From the NCBI GenBank assembly GCA_004431415.1, contig QPMI01000242.1:1-64000 (forward strand): a stretch of DNA of 64,000 nt, given 5' to 3'. Under the pieces are notes generated by a model. That model saw only the letters and a list, made by a program, of their open reading frames with translations, was not told the DNA's origin and did no database searches. Position numbers and translations under genes: made by a program. Numbering within the stretch: position 1 is the stretch's first letter; the number at the start of each line of letters is the position of its first letter. Of this stretch, positions 39,473-52,697 are shown piece after piece. This stretch comes from Cyanophora paradoxa CCMP329. Taxonomy: Eukaryota > Plantae > Glaucophyta.

Positions 39473-42400
39473 TCACTCTACAATAGCCTTCGAGCTAGCA
39501 GGGAGGGCATCCTGCCTCTTGTCTGCGCCGGAAGGTCGACTACCCAGATCATCCCCATCGCTGTCTTCCCCATCACTCCCCGCCTGTAGCCTCAGTGATC
39601 TCATCCGATTTTCAAGCGTGTAGATCTTGAGATTCTTGAGATTTGCGTTTGCTGTACAAAGGTCAAGACGGGCCGGGTGAAACAAGGCAACTACAAAGCA
39701 GACCTTCGAGGAAACTGATGTATGATCGCAGGGCCTGGTGATTCAGAAGCTCCTCCTCGTCGGCTGTACGAGGGTTGTGAAGGTCCACGTCCTCCAACTG
39801 CATGTACAGATCCTTGACCTGCAGGGACAAGTCACATCGCGCCAATGGTTCGTTGGACTGTTCCATTCAAGTACCTCCATGTACAATCGCTCATGTGAAT
39901 CAAGGGCAGCATGCATCTTCCTCCGCTCATGTTCAAGGCGACGGAGGCGATCAAGAAGGGGGGCGAGCGATCTGTTTTTCGTTTGTACCGAAAAGCGACA
40001 AAAAAATAGGAAAACGGAATCACCTCCTGAGACTCTCAAGCTCATGGCCGTAGCGGTGCTCCCAATCGGCAAAGTCGGCACTCCTTTCAGCATCCGCGCC
40101 TTGCAGAACTCTTTGCAGCCATTTGCTCTCGAACTTGTTCCGTGCTGTCCATCCGAGGCATTAGGGAAGTCCAGGTCTTTGTGCACCCATACATACCCGC
40201 ATCTTCCACATCCCTTGCAAGCTGCGACTTCTTGTCTTTCTCAGGAGTCCTTGCCAGGTGGTATGCAACCTGGGCAACCTCAGTCCTTGCTCAGTGGTGT
40301 GACTCGAATAGAAAAAAAATGTGTGTGGACCTTCAGGACTGACACCTCATCCTCGAGAGCCGCTTTGGATCTAGAGCCCATCGATTTTTCAGACACCGGC
40401 ATGATCATCAGAAAAGAGCTCAGTGGCACCTTTGAAGGCAGTCCACCTGCTGGCGCAAGGAGGCGTTCTCTGACTGCATCGCGATTGTTGCTGCTGATCC
40501 TGCCTCAATGTGTGCCTTGAGCTTCAGAATTTCCGTCTCAAGCTGGCAGACAAACACGATGCTGGCGAAAGGTGCCACGGGCAGAGTCAGCCACAAGAGA
40601 GAGAGTGAGTCGAAGGGGCGAACCGGTCGGTAGACATATCCTCTGCCTCGTCCATCATTTTCGAGAATGCCATTTCGCCTCTCCTCTCCTCGCTGTTGAA
40701 CAGTCAAGCCGAGCAAGGAGCAGTAAGCCTGCCTGCGAACCGCAGCTCTGCCTCTGCAACCTTCCTGCGTTGCCGCTCACAAGCGAGCGCCGACTGCATG
40801 CGGCAGAGGTCTGCCTGAAGTCCACTGCGGGTTAGAACCTCCGCTGCAGGCAAAAGTCTGTTCATTCCGTGCTTGCCAGCGATGGCAGAGGCAAGCACCA
40901 TCAAGGCGTTCTCGAAGTCTCTGTGCGTCGTGCTCCTTCTCGGCCAGCATCTCCTCTAGATGGGCGACACGCTGTGAAATGATCACATGTGAGATGAGAG
41001 TGACTAAACGAAGGGGGAGGAAGAGGATATGCACCGTGTGATTCTGTCCCATTGAAGGAAGAGGATCCACTTGCTGCAGGCCATCGGGTTTCCCCGACGA
41101 TGTTCTCTCGTAAGCAACAGTGGAGGCACTGACAAGACTTTTGCTAGACGAAGTAGGTGAGTTGACCATCTGTGCATTGCCCTTCAAAGTCTGCACTGTC
41201 CGGTGGAGCTCAGCCACTCCGGCTTCCAGTTGGTTGGCAGCGTTTTCGAGTGGGGTCCTGTAGCGGCCATCGATCTCAAGAACGATTTCACTGTCCTTGG
41301 ATTTTCGGTGCTCCTCGTCGTCACTTTCTGAAACAGGAGGAGGATTCCGCATCTCACGTTCGCGCAGAAGTTCAAGCAGGGTGGCAAGCTCGTCCCTCTC
41401 GGCTGAAATCTGTGCATGTGGCTCAAAATTCACAGAAACACGCCAAACGAAATGAATGCATACCTGCTGCTTCTCACTGCGCTCACGGGACACCTGCTCT
41501 TGAAGCTGGGACACCTGCAACAAGCTTAGACGATCTAGAGACACACGGCAACTGAATCTCTACGAACCTGCTGAGCCAGAATCGTCGCTTCACCCCGCGC
41601 CTGCTCCAGGAGAGGGCTGAGAGCTGCCAGCGAGCTGCCACGCGCCTGCAGGTCCTCCACGAGACGACGCGCATCCGCCAGAGAGGACTGCGTTTGTCGA
41701 AGATTTTCGGCCTGCTGTGAAATCTCCTGCTGGAGCCTGTCTCGCTCTGCCGTGAGGGACGACATCTCCGCATGAAGTGCACTCTCGATTTCCTTCGAGA
41801 CTCGATTCTTTTCCTCCTCCACGGATTCCAGAGTGCAAATGCGGCCGGCCAGCTTCTGAAGCTCTGCTCGTAGCTGATCACGCTCTGCAATAATTGTGAC
41901 CAGCGAAGTGTCATGCAACTGCGTTGCCGTTGACCCGTTTGCTGCACCACGGCTGCGCAACTCGGACAGCTGAAGCATAAGGGAGTCTCTTTCTTGCTGC
42001 TTGATAACATCAAATTGCGACGAGAGAGCACGAAGCACACGATATTTACTTGCCTGGAAAACCTCTGCTGCCTTCACAGTGGCCTCGAGCTCCTTCCTCA
42101 TCTGCGCACAACAGTGAGGATACGCAAATTTGAGATCGAGCAGAAGAACATGGCGCACTTGTTCCCTTGCGGTCTCTTCACGCTTAAGCACTGCCATGAC
42201 CTTCTCGTCCATCTTTGCACGTGCTTGGATGACTGTTTCTGCATCAACGCGCAATTTCTTCTCTGCTTCGAGCTCCTGCTCGAGTCGGGCGACTGCTGCA
42301 CGATCCGACTCCGGCAAGCCTCCACGGATTGCCGCAAGCTCGGCTTTGAGCTTCGAGCACATTGACTCGGACTCGCGCAGCTGCTGATTCGCAGCGGCGA

Positions 42401-44073
42401 GTGCTGCCGACAACCGCCCTGCATCACCTGAAAGTTCCAAGTCGCTCTCCAGAACTGCTGTTCCCTCTCTCCGACTTCGCGTCTTCTCTGGGCTACTGAA
42501 AACGAGGATCGTCTGCGTCAGGCAGTGCATGTGCTCGGGAATTCTGAACAAACCTCATCCTTCTCGACAATTCCTCGTGTAGGACGGCAACATCCTGGGT
42601 AAAGATCGCAACAGCTCTCAGATAATTAGAAGGTCGTGAAGAATGTACCTGTTCACGCATCCGCTTCTCGGTTTCCAGTTCGAGCTGAAGACGGGCGATC
42701 TCAAGTACGAGCTGGTCGTTCGGCTGCGGAGCGCGAGTCCTGGATGTCGCGCTTAAAGAGGGAGCAGTAGCTTTGGGCTTTGATGCGGAAGGATCGGGAG
42801 CGACAGGCACAGACGGGGCGCCAGGTTTCCTTGTCTTCACAGGACTCACTGCCCCTCAAAAGTTAGGCCCAACAATGGAAAGTCTGAGCGACTGCAAACC
42901 TCGCTCAGCGACACTCTCTCTTCCTTTCTGGGCCATCTGCGAAAAGAGTGAACCAGAGCGAGTTCAGAGCCGGTGGAATGATTACCTCTCGGAAAGTTGC
43001 CCGGAATGGGCTCGGGTCATGGCGCGCTGAGCCTAACGACGGCGAAACAACAACTGGCGCCGATGCAGTGGAAAGCAGACTGGTCGCATGCGCATGCGCG
43101 GAAGTCGTCGGCGCTGGAGCTGGTGGGGGCGCCGGGCCCGGTGTTAAAGCAGAGAGCTTGGATGCCGCTGCAACCGGAGCTGCTGGTCTCTGCACGGTTG
43201 TGGACGGAGAGGCCGGCGTCATCCGCCGCTTCTCGGGGCTAATGCGCTCGGTGATGTCCTGCTTCGCGGATGCTACCTGTGATCGAATAGCGCTGCGGAC
43301 CGGACCAGAGCCAGGCGTGGCTTTGGAAGACTGGAGACCGATCTGCGCGGACTGCGAAGCAGTTTCAGCGGTGAAGCAGTCTCAGCAACTCCGTAACGCT
43401 AAACGCTGAACGTGCGACGCACCGACGAGCCGAGCGTCGCCTTCTCGTGCGCGGCAAGTTCCTTTGCAGTAAGCGTTTTCTTTGTACGCGGCCGCTCCCC
43501 CGGTCCGCGCCATGGCCGCTCCTTCAAAGGCGGCACCACGTCCCGCTCTGCGCCAGGCTCGGTTCGCAAAAGAAGATGACGGCGTCGGGAGACTGACCTG
43601 ATGAAGGCGCGCTCGTGTTGCTGCGCGGGGACGTGCTCCGCGCAGGGGGACCGGGAAACTGCGGTACTGAACTTGCCGCAGGCTGTGTGTGGCTGGACGA
43701 CGAGACGGACGCCTCGAGCTTTCTCCACGCCTGATCAAGGGCCGCCACCGACGAGAAGCTGTTTTGCAGAGCGCGCAGCATCTTGTCTTGGGCCTCACCC
43801 GCCCACTCTTGGGCGGTGACGACGCTTCAGACGAGTCGGAGAGAACGGCGCAGACGAAAGATAGAAAACTGCGCTTGCGGGAAGAGGGCCCGTTAACCGG
43901 TCGAACGAAGGAGGGGTACAAGTGCCCTCTTCTGACAAAGCTCGGCTGTCCGTCTCTCGTCGAAGCTTGAATTCGAATTCTGAGCTTCTCTGTGATGCAT
44001 CCGAGGGAGCTCTACCTGCACTTAGATATCGACTCTCTTTTCTGCAGGTGTATCTTTCGGCCTCTCGCCCCAT
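39473..44073 (-). CDS. Large multi-exon coiled-coil protein with Pro/Ser-rich region
   Basis: Successive heptad-rich exons (LAAANQQLRESE, AERDQLRAELQKL, QLQEQVSRERSEKQQ) separated by short introns. The start is uncertain. Confidence 0.6.
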
Positions 44074-44332
44074 TTGTAGATATAGGACGTAGATAGAATT
44101 TCCCACCACTTAGACAGAGCGCTAGCACAGCACTCGACGGTCCTCAATGTTATCTAGTCGGAGAGATAAATTGGGCGATGTGAAACTCCTAGCGATCTGG
44201 CGATCTGGCTTCTGATTTGGTTCTGATTCTGATTCTGATTTGGATTGGACGGGAGGTTGGCGGTGGTCACTGAGGCTACACTGGACCCCAATCGTAAGGA
44301 CGTCCGGTACACTGCATTTTTCCCCCGTACAC

Positions 44333-45046
44333 TCATGCTGAGCCACCGGTCTTCTTTTTCTTCTTGCCGGATGATGACTTGCTATCCTTCTTGTCCTTCT
44401 TCTCGGGGTAGAATTTCTGCTGGTTCCACTCGAACACCTGCGGGCGAACACATCCTTCAGTCTGAAATATTCCGAGAAGCCCCCAACAAGCCGGTTACTA
44501 ACCACTGTCTCATCCTGATTCAGGACGAACTTCATCACGTCGGGTACCTTCAGCTGATCGCTAACGACGAGCAAAAGCTTGTCCTCCTCGACTGAAAACG
44601 CGTGAGCTCGGATCGCGTTTGCGGGCGGCAGGCGCGGCAGACGCACTGGCAAAAATCTGAGAATCCATTCCTGCCGAGAAAAGGAGGTCCTTCCACCGGA
44701 CGGCGAGCGCGTTCGCGTCGGCCTGCGCACTCGCTGTCGAACGCAGCCGACGCAATACAAGCGTCGCACGCGCGCACCATCTTGTCGGAGGGGTTCGCAG
44801 TCCACGGCTTGAACGTCGCGAAGACCATAGCGCTCTGGCTCTGCCCCCTCGGGTTCGCCTCTGCGGGCCGCGTCAGCGGACGCGCGGTTCGACACTGCGT
44901 GCGCGCGCGCCTTCCTCGTCCCAGTTCTCTTCGACTGGCTTCTCCTTCGACTTGCGCTTCTTCGGCTTCTTGGCCTCCGCGGTGTCCACGACGGCCGAGA
45001 GCACGAGCAGCCCGAGCAGGGCGAGGCCTAGGAGCGCTCTCCTCAT
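44333..45046 (-). CDS. MESD/boca-like ER chaperone-family protein with signal peptide
   Basis: Signal peptide MRRALLGLALLGLLVLSAVV; NWDEE, AMVFATF, LAVRWKDLL, FAIEEDKLLL, VMKFVLNQ..VFEWNQQKFYP and a Lys-rich tail resemble the Mesd family pattern. Confidence 0.6.
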
Positions 45047-45268
45047 GATCACTAAGTCTAGCTAGAACGCGCCGGGCGGCGTGCCGCGAGCCAGCGGCGG
45101 TCCAGACTGTTCGATCGGCTGTGTGTGTACCCCTGGGCTTTTCATCCCCGCCGATCCACTTCCGTAGTTGCTGCCGGTCTCCGGCGCCCTCCGATCGTTC
45201 GCGGGAGGCTCGCGCCGCGCAACCGAGAGCATAGCCGGCTATCACCGGGATGTCGACACAGATTGGCA

Positions 45269-48200
45269 ATGGCGTTCCATACAGTACATGTGCGAGCCCC
45301 CGCGCGCGGCCTTGCTGCTCGCCCCGCGCACCGCTGGCCCGCCCACGCCCCGCCCGGCGCTCACGCTCGTGCAGCAACGTCCCGCGCGCCGAGCGACCCG
45401 GCGGAGGCGGCTGCCGAGCGTGGTGCGATTGCCCAGCCCAGAAAGGTTCCAGTTGCGCCCGCAGCCTCACGTGCAGGTGCCCGGCAGAAATCTTCAGGAC
45501 GCTGCGGAAGCTGATGAACGAGCGCATCCTGATCATCGACGGCGCGATGGGCACCATGGTTCAGCGCTACAAGCTCCAGGAGGCAGATTTCCGCGGTGCG
45601 GGGCCTGCGCGCGCCGTCCCAACAAGCTCGATCTCGTCGCGCCGTCCCTGAACCGGCTCAGGCGAGCGCTATAAGGACCATCCCCACGACCTCAAGGGCA
45701 ACAACGACATTCTGGTCGTCACACGACCGGACGTTATCGGCGCGATCCACAAGGTGCGCCTCGTCGCGTGTGCTGGCGCTCAGCGCGCCCGGCCGATCGC
45801 TGATCGCTGCGGGGCGTCTCAGCAATACCTCGAAGCCGGCGCTGACATCATCGAAACGGACACATTCAACTCGACTACGATTTCTCAGGCCGACTACAAG
45901 ATGGAGTCGGAGGTGCACCTGCTGAACGTGTCGGCGGCGCGGCTCGCGCGCGCGTGCGCGGACGAGTACACTGCCAAGGACCCCTCGAAGCCGCGCTTCG
46001 TTGCGGGCGCCATCGGGCCCCTCAACCGCACCCTCTCCATCTCCCCGTCCGTCGAGAACCCCGCCTACCGCAACGTCAGTGCGTGGCGCCTCCTTTTCCT
46101 TCCTTTCCCCGGCAGGCGAGCGGGACGCAGCGTGGGACGAGTGCGTGAAGGCGTACAAGGAGCAGGTGGCGGCGCTTGTGGAGGGCGGGGTGGACCTCCT
46201 CCTGGTGGAGACGATCTTCGACACGCTCAACTGCAAGGCGGCCCTCTACGCGATCGACGAGTTCTTCGACGAGGCCGGCACCGCGCCGCTCCCCATCTTC
46301 ATCTCGGGCACCATCACGGACCTCTCGGGGCGCACCCTCTCCGGCCAGACCACCGAGGCCTTCTGGACCTCCATCTCTCACTCCAAGCCCTTCTGGTGCC
46401 CCGCCCCGCCCCGCCCCGCCCCGCCCCGCTCTCGCGCGGCCGACGCCCCCGGCAGCGTCGGCCTCAACTGCGCCCTGGGCGCCAAGGAGATGAAGCCGTA
46501 CATCGAGCGCCTCGCCAAGTGCTCCGACTGCTTCATCCTTACGTACCCCAACGCCGGCCTCCCCAACGCCATGGGCGCCTACGATCAGACCCCCGCCGAG
46601 GCGCCGCTTTCCCCCTCGGCCTCGCGGTGGCGCGGCCTGACGTGGCCGTCAGATGGCGGCGCTTATGCGCGAGTTCGCAACAGACGGCCTCATCAACCTC
46701 GTCGGTCCGCCGCGCTCCGTCCGCCGCGCCCCGTCCGCACCCCGCCGCCCGACTCACCGCCCCCCTCCGCCGGCGCGCAGGCGGGTGCTGCGGCTCGACC
46801 CCGCCCCACATCGCCGCGATCGCGGAGACCATGAAGGGCCTCCCGTGAGCCGCGCGTGCGCCGCGGCCCTGCCTTCGCGGCCTCCGACCGTGCGGGCGGC
46901 GGGGCGCTCGCTGCGGCAGGCCGCATGTGCCGTCGGAGATCCCCGGGGCGCTGCGCATCTCGGGCCTCGAGGCCTTCGTGCTGACCCCCGAGGTCCAGTT
47001 CGTCAACGTCGGCGAGCGCTGCAACGGTCCGCCCCGCCGCCCCTCGCCCGCCGCCCGCCGCGGGGCCGCTGACGGGGCGGGACGGGGGCCAGTGGCCGGC
47101 TCGACGATCTTCAAGAAGGCGATCGTGGGGAACGACTTCGATAAGGGCCTGGCGATCGCGGTGAAGCAGGTGGAGAGCGGCGCGCAGGTGCTCGACATCA
47201 ACTTCGACGAGGGCCTCCTCGACTCCCACGCCTGCATGCGCCGCTTCGCCAACCTCCTCGCCTCCGAGCCCGAAGTCTGCAAGGTCCGCCCGCCCCGCCG
47301 CCCCCGCCCCCTGCCTCGCCGCCGCCTCGCGCGCCGCAACACCTCCCCCTCCCCCCCCCTCGCCCCCCCCCCCCGCCCCGGCGGGGCCGGCTGACGCGCC
47401 GCGGCGGGGCAGCTGCCGTTCATGATCGACTCGTCCAAGTTCAGCGTGATCGAGGAGGGCCTCAAGTGCACGCAGGGGAAGACGATCGTCAACTCGATCT
47501 CGCTGAAGGAGGGCGAGGAGGCGTTCATCGCCCACGCCAAGAAGGTCAAGCGCTTCGGCGCCGCCGTCATCGTCATGGCGTTCGACGAGCAGGGCCAGGC
47601 CGCCGACCTCGAGCGCAAGGTCGAGATCTGCACCCGCGCCTACCGCATCCTCGTCGACAAGGCCCGCCCCGCCCCGCCACGCCCCGCCCCGCCCCGCCCC
47701 GCCGCCGGGGCCGAGCGGGGCGCGCAGGTCAAGTTCAACCCGAACGACATCATCTTCGACCCGAACATCCTGACGGTGGGGACGGGCATCGAGGAGCACA
47801 ACGAGTACGCGGTCTACTTCATCGAGGCTGCGCGCGTGCTCAAGCGGGACCTCCCCGGGTGCCACATCTCCGGCGGCGTCTCCAACATCTCCTTCTCGTT
47901 CCGCGGCAACGACGCGATCCGCGAGGCGATGCACTCGGCCTTCCTGTACCACGCGATCAAGGCGGGGATGGACATGGGGATCGTCAATGCGGGCAACCTG
48001 CCCGTCTACGACGACATCCCCAAGGACCTCCTCACCCTCATCGAGGACGTCCTCTTCAACCGCCGCCCCGACGCCACCGAGCGAATCCTCGAGCACGCCA
48101 AGGTGCCCCGCGCCCCCGCCCCCGCGCCCCCGCCGGCGCCGAGGCGGGGCGCAGACGATGGCGGAGAAGAAGTCGGGGACGACGACGGACGACTCGGCGT

Positions 48201-48454
48201 GGCGGCAGGCGCCGGTGGAGGAGCGCCTCTCGTACGCGCTGATCAAGGGCATCGTCGAGTTCATCGACGGAGACGTGGAGGAGTGCCGCCAGAAGCTCCC
48301 CACGCCCCTCTCCGTCATCGAGGGGCCCCTCATGTCCGGCATGAACACCGTCGGCAACCTCTTCGGCGCCGGCAAGATGTTCCTGCCCCAGGCCCGCCCC
48401 CGCCCCGGCCCCGGCCTCCCCTCCCGGCCGCGCGGGCGAGCGGGGCGCAGGTGA

Positions 48455-48488
<34 letters not shown>

Positions 48489-48594
48489 GGTGCTCATCCC
48501 CTACATGGAGGAGGAGAAGAAGGCGAAGGCGGCCGCCGGCGGGGCCGAGGCAGGCGACATGTACGCCGGCACCGTGCTGCTCGCGACCGTCAAG

Positions 48595-48626
<32 letters not shown>

Positions 48627-50618
48627 CGGGGTCGTGCTCGGGTGCAACAACTACCGCATCATCGACATCGGCGTCATGTGCCCCTGCGAGAAGATCCTCG
48701 AGGCGGCGCGCCGCGAGAAGGTCGACGTCGTGGGCCTCTCGGGCCTCATCACCCCCTCCCTCGACGAGATGGTCTTCGTCGCCAAGCAGATGGAGCGCGA
48801 GGGCTTCAAGGTGCGCGCCCCCGCCCCGCCGCCCCTCCCTGCGCGGAGGCGAGGGCGGCGCGCAGGTGCCGCTGCTCATCGGCGGGGCGACGACGTCGAA
48901 GATGCACACGGCGGTGAAGATCGCGCCGAACTACAGCGCGCCGGCCGTGCACGTGCTGGACGCCTCGCGCTCCGTCGTCGTCGTCTCGAGCCTCCTCGAC
49001 AAGAACACCAGGGACGACTACTTCGAAGAGATCAAGGAGACCTACGCCGTGCGCCCCGCACCCCCCCCCCCCCCCCACCCCCCCCCAACCCCCCCCAACC
49101 CACCCGGCCCCGCCGTGCGCCGACGGGGACGCCAGGAGCTGCGCGAGGAGCACTACGCCGGCCTCGAGGAGCGCAAGTACCTCTCCCTCGACAAGGCCCG
49201 GTGCGCCCGCCACGCACCCCGCCCCCCGTCGATCCCCCTCGACGCGCCGTCCGGCAGCGCGCACGGCCTGCACATCAACTGGAAGGCGTCGCCGCGGCCC
49301 TGCGCACCGTCCTTCATCGGTGAGCGCGCCGGGGCAGTGCGCAGGGCAGGGGCCGAGCCCTCGCGGCGGCAGGGACGCGCGCCTACAAGAACTTCGACCT
49401 CAAGCGCCTCGTGCCTGCCATCGACTGGAACCCCTTCTTCCAGGCCCGCCCGCCTCGCCCCCCGCCCCGCGCGACCCCCTGCCGACGCCGGGCGGCAGAC
49501 GTGGCAGCTGCGGGGGACGTACCCGAACCGGGGGTACCCGAAGATCTTCAACGACGAGAAGGTGGGCGCGGAGGCGCAGAAGCTCTTCGCGGACGCGCAG
49601 GCGATGCTCAAGGAGATCGTCGACAAGGGCCTCCTCGAGGCCCGCGGCATCGTCGGCTTCTACCCCGCAAACGCCGTCCGCCCGCCCCGCCGCCCCCGCC
49701 CCCGCCGCCGGGGCCGGAGCGCGACGGGGGTGTAGGTCGGGGACGACATCGAGCTGTACGGGGACGAGGGGCGCGGGGCGGTGGCGGGGCGGCTGCACAC
49801 GCTGCGGCAGCAGGCGGAGAAGGACACGGACGAGCCGTACCTCGCCCTCTCCGACTTCGTGGCCCCCAAGGGCTCGGGGGTCCCCGACCACGTCGGCATG
49901 TTCGTCTGCTCGGCCGGCTTCGGCCTCGACGCCCTCAAGGCCAAGTACGAGAGGGAGCTCGACGACTACCGCAAGGCCCGCCCCGCCCCGCCCCTCAACA
50001 CCCCGCCCGGCGGCCGGGGCTGACGGGGGGCGGGGGCAGATCATGGCGGACGCGCTGGCGGACCGGCTGGCGGAGGCGATGGCGGAGGTGCTGCACGAGG
50101 ACGTCCGCAAGGAGCTCTGGGGCTACGCCCGCGAGGAGGCCCTCTCCAGCGAGGACCTCCTCAAGGCCCGCCCCCGCCCCGCACCCCTCCCGCCCCCGCC
50201 CCTCAACCCCCTCCCCCCCCCCTGTCGTCGCAGGTCCGGTACCAGGGCATCCGGCCCGCGCCGGGGTACCCATCGCAGCCCGACCACACCGAGAAGTCGA
50301 CCATGTGGGACCTCATGAAGGCGCGCGCGGGGCGACCCCCCCCCCCCCCCCCCCCCCCCCGGCCCGCCTCCTTGGATCGCGCGCAGGATGCGACCCCCCA
50401 CGCAGGTGGAGGAGGCGACGGGGATCGAGCTGACCGAGTCGCTGGCGATGCTGCCCTCCGCCTCGGTCTCGGGGCTCTACTTCGCGGCCCCCGAGTCGAA
50501 GTACTTCGCCGTCAACAAGATCCAGAAGGACCAGGTCGCCTCCTACGCCCAGCGCAAGGGCATGCCCGTCGAGACAGTCGAGCGCTGGCTCGCACCAATC
50601 CTCTCCTACGACGCATGA
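45269..50618 (+). CDS. metH: Cobalamin-dependent methionine synthase, ~23 introns
   Basis: [70 protein letters not shown]|[25 protein letters not shown] (B12-binding His), [17 protein letters not shown]. Start 45269 or 45250. Confidence 0.98.
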
Positions 50619-51400
50619 CCCTCGCCCTCGGGGCATCTGTCCCAGAGCAAAGTCGTTTGTTCGCAGAGTGAATACCTAGATTGTTAGAGTGGCTGAGGGT
50701 GTTTTTATGAGTTTTGAGCTGAAGCAGGGTGATCATGACACGAGCCTCGGAGGGTCAAGGCCCGATGATCATGAGGCTCGCAGCCGCTGAGCTGCAGTGC
50801 AGACGGCGCGGACGCGAGCCTTCAAGCCTTGAAAGCTCTCTAGGCCTAGGCCTCTCCCTGTAGCTACTAGGGCTATAGATCTGGCCCGGCGGCACTGCGG
50901 CAATTTACTAAGTTATGCAAGGTCACCGGGTAGCCTAGTAGCCAGCCTCGAGCTCATGATCAGCCTGGCAGGGCCTGGCAACCCCACGCCGCCGGGCCGC
51001 GGCGCCCCGCCGGCGTGTGACGCATGCGCATGCGCAGTGGGTGCCGCGCGCGCCACGGTACCGTACTGGTGCGCCTCAGTGACTGTACTGAGCCCGAGGC
51101 CAGCGCTAGCTGCACTGCGGCAGCCTGTGCGCAGCCAGGCGGCAGCCTAGTACTCAGTGACTGGGTGACCCTTGTAAGAATTGATTTCGCCACAATTGAT
51201 TGATTTCGGGTGGCGATGATGGGGTTACAGGAAGGTAGGGAAAGAATGGGCCGAGGAAAAGAGTTCAAGTCATGCAGGAGCGAGCAGAGGGACACAAAGC
51301 ACGGACGGCGGAAGGGAGTGTGCGGGGAGGAAGACAATCCGAAGGAGTCGAGAAACGAAGGATTGCATCGGGGAGTTGCACGAGACACAGGAAGGATTGC

Positions 51401-52568
51401 TCAGTGGCCGGGGAAAGGAGGAGGGAACGGAGGCGGGGCCATCCCGCCAGGGAATGGAGGTGGCGCCATCATAGGTGGAGGTGCCATCATTGGCGGAGGG
51501 AAAGGCGGGGGAGCCGCGAAACCCATGGGGGGAGCGATTGGCATGGCATTCGGTCCCGAGGAGAAGATTGTATGCGGCCGCAGGGACTTGTTCGGGTTGT
51601 TAGCTGCCAAAATGCGCTCTGCAACGAAGGGGTTTCCACAGGTCAGGGCGAGCAACAAAAGAAAAGCGAGAGCAGGGCGCCACCTGCAAGCGACCCGTGC
51701 CGTTCGCCTTTCGAGTCCTTCTTGTACGCGTACGTTACACTGATGGGCTTCCCGCAGAGGTACTGTCCGTTCATTGCCTCGATAGACGCGTCCGCGGCCT
51801 CGAATGAGTCGAAACTGACGAAACCGAACCCCCGCGACGCGCCCGAGTCCGGATCCCGCATGATCTAGGCGGAGTTGCGCGGCGGTCGTGAGGGAGCGCG
51901 GACGTATCATCGATGCCTCGCAGGGACCTTTGGTGTGGTCACGATGACGCCGAATGCGCTGAAGGTGTCGTACAACAATTTCTCGTCCACTTCAGGGTCC
52001 AGATTGCCCACGAACAGATTCGCGCCGATATCCGTGTTCCTTTTGTCTTGAGAGGACTGCAAGACGCCACGAGAGTGAGCGAGCTGTCCGCTGCTGTCGG
52101 GCGGGAGCGCGCCTTATTGACGCGGATGGGCTTCCCGAAGAGCTTGATCATGTTCATAATCTTGATTGCGTAGTCCGCATCGTCTTCTGCCCTGAACTCA
52201 ACGAAGCCATATCCCTGGTGCGTGCTTGTGATCTTGTCTTTCGGGATGTGCACATTGACTGCGGCGACGTTCGGGCGCGGCGCGCGGCTACAGCGAGGTG
52301 TACGCTCGTACCTACGGGCCCAGCCTGCACAAACAGCTCCCAAAGGAGAGCCTCGGTAACCTGCGAGTCCAGGTTCCCGACATATACTGCGGAGTGGGCG
52401 TGAGCGGCGCATGCTTTGCGAACGCGTGAAGCCATTCAGCTCGCCTGTAGCTTCCTGCGTCGGCGCGGTCAGCAGGCGTGAGCTGGGGAGCGGCGGCGGG
52501 CTAAGCAACGTTTGCGGGTGTTAGCTTGCCTGATTTCGCTCTGGTTGTGCTCCATATGGCATCGCCAT
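51401..52568 (-). CDS. SF3B4: Splicing factor 3B subunit 4 (SAP49), two RRMs plus Pro-rich tail
   Basis: ERNQ|EAT|[87 protein letters not shown]. Confidence 0.96.
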
Positions 52569-52697
52569 CGTGACGGTGCCAGACACTCCCAATACCGTAC
52601 CCCCCTCGATTCGGGCGGCGGGCGCCGGGCGGCGGGGCAACGGGGCGAGTCGCCTGGCTCGCCAGCTCGGCGAGAGCGCCGAATACGTGAGCCCACG

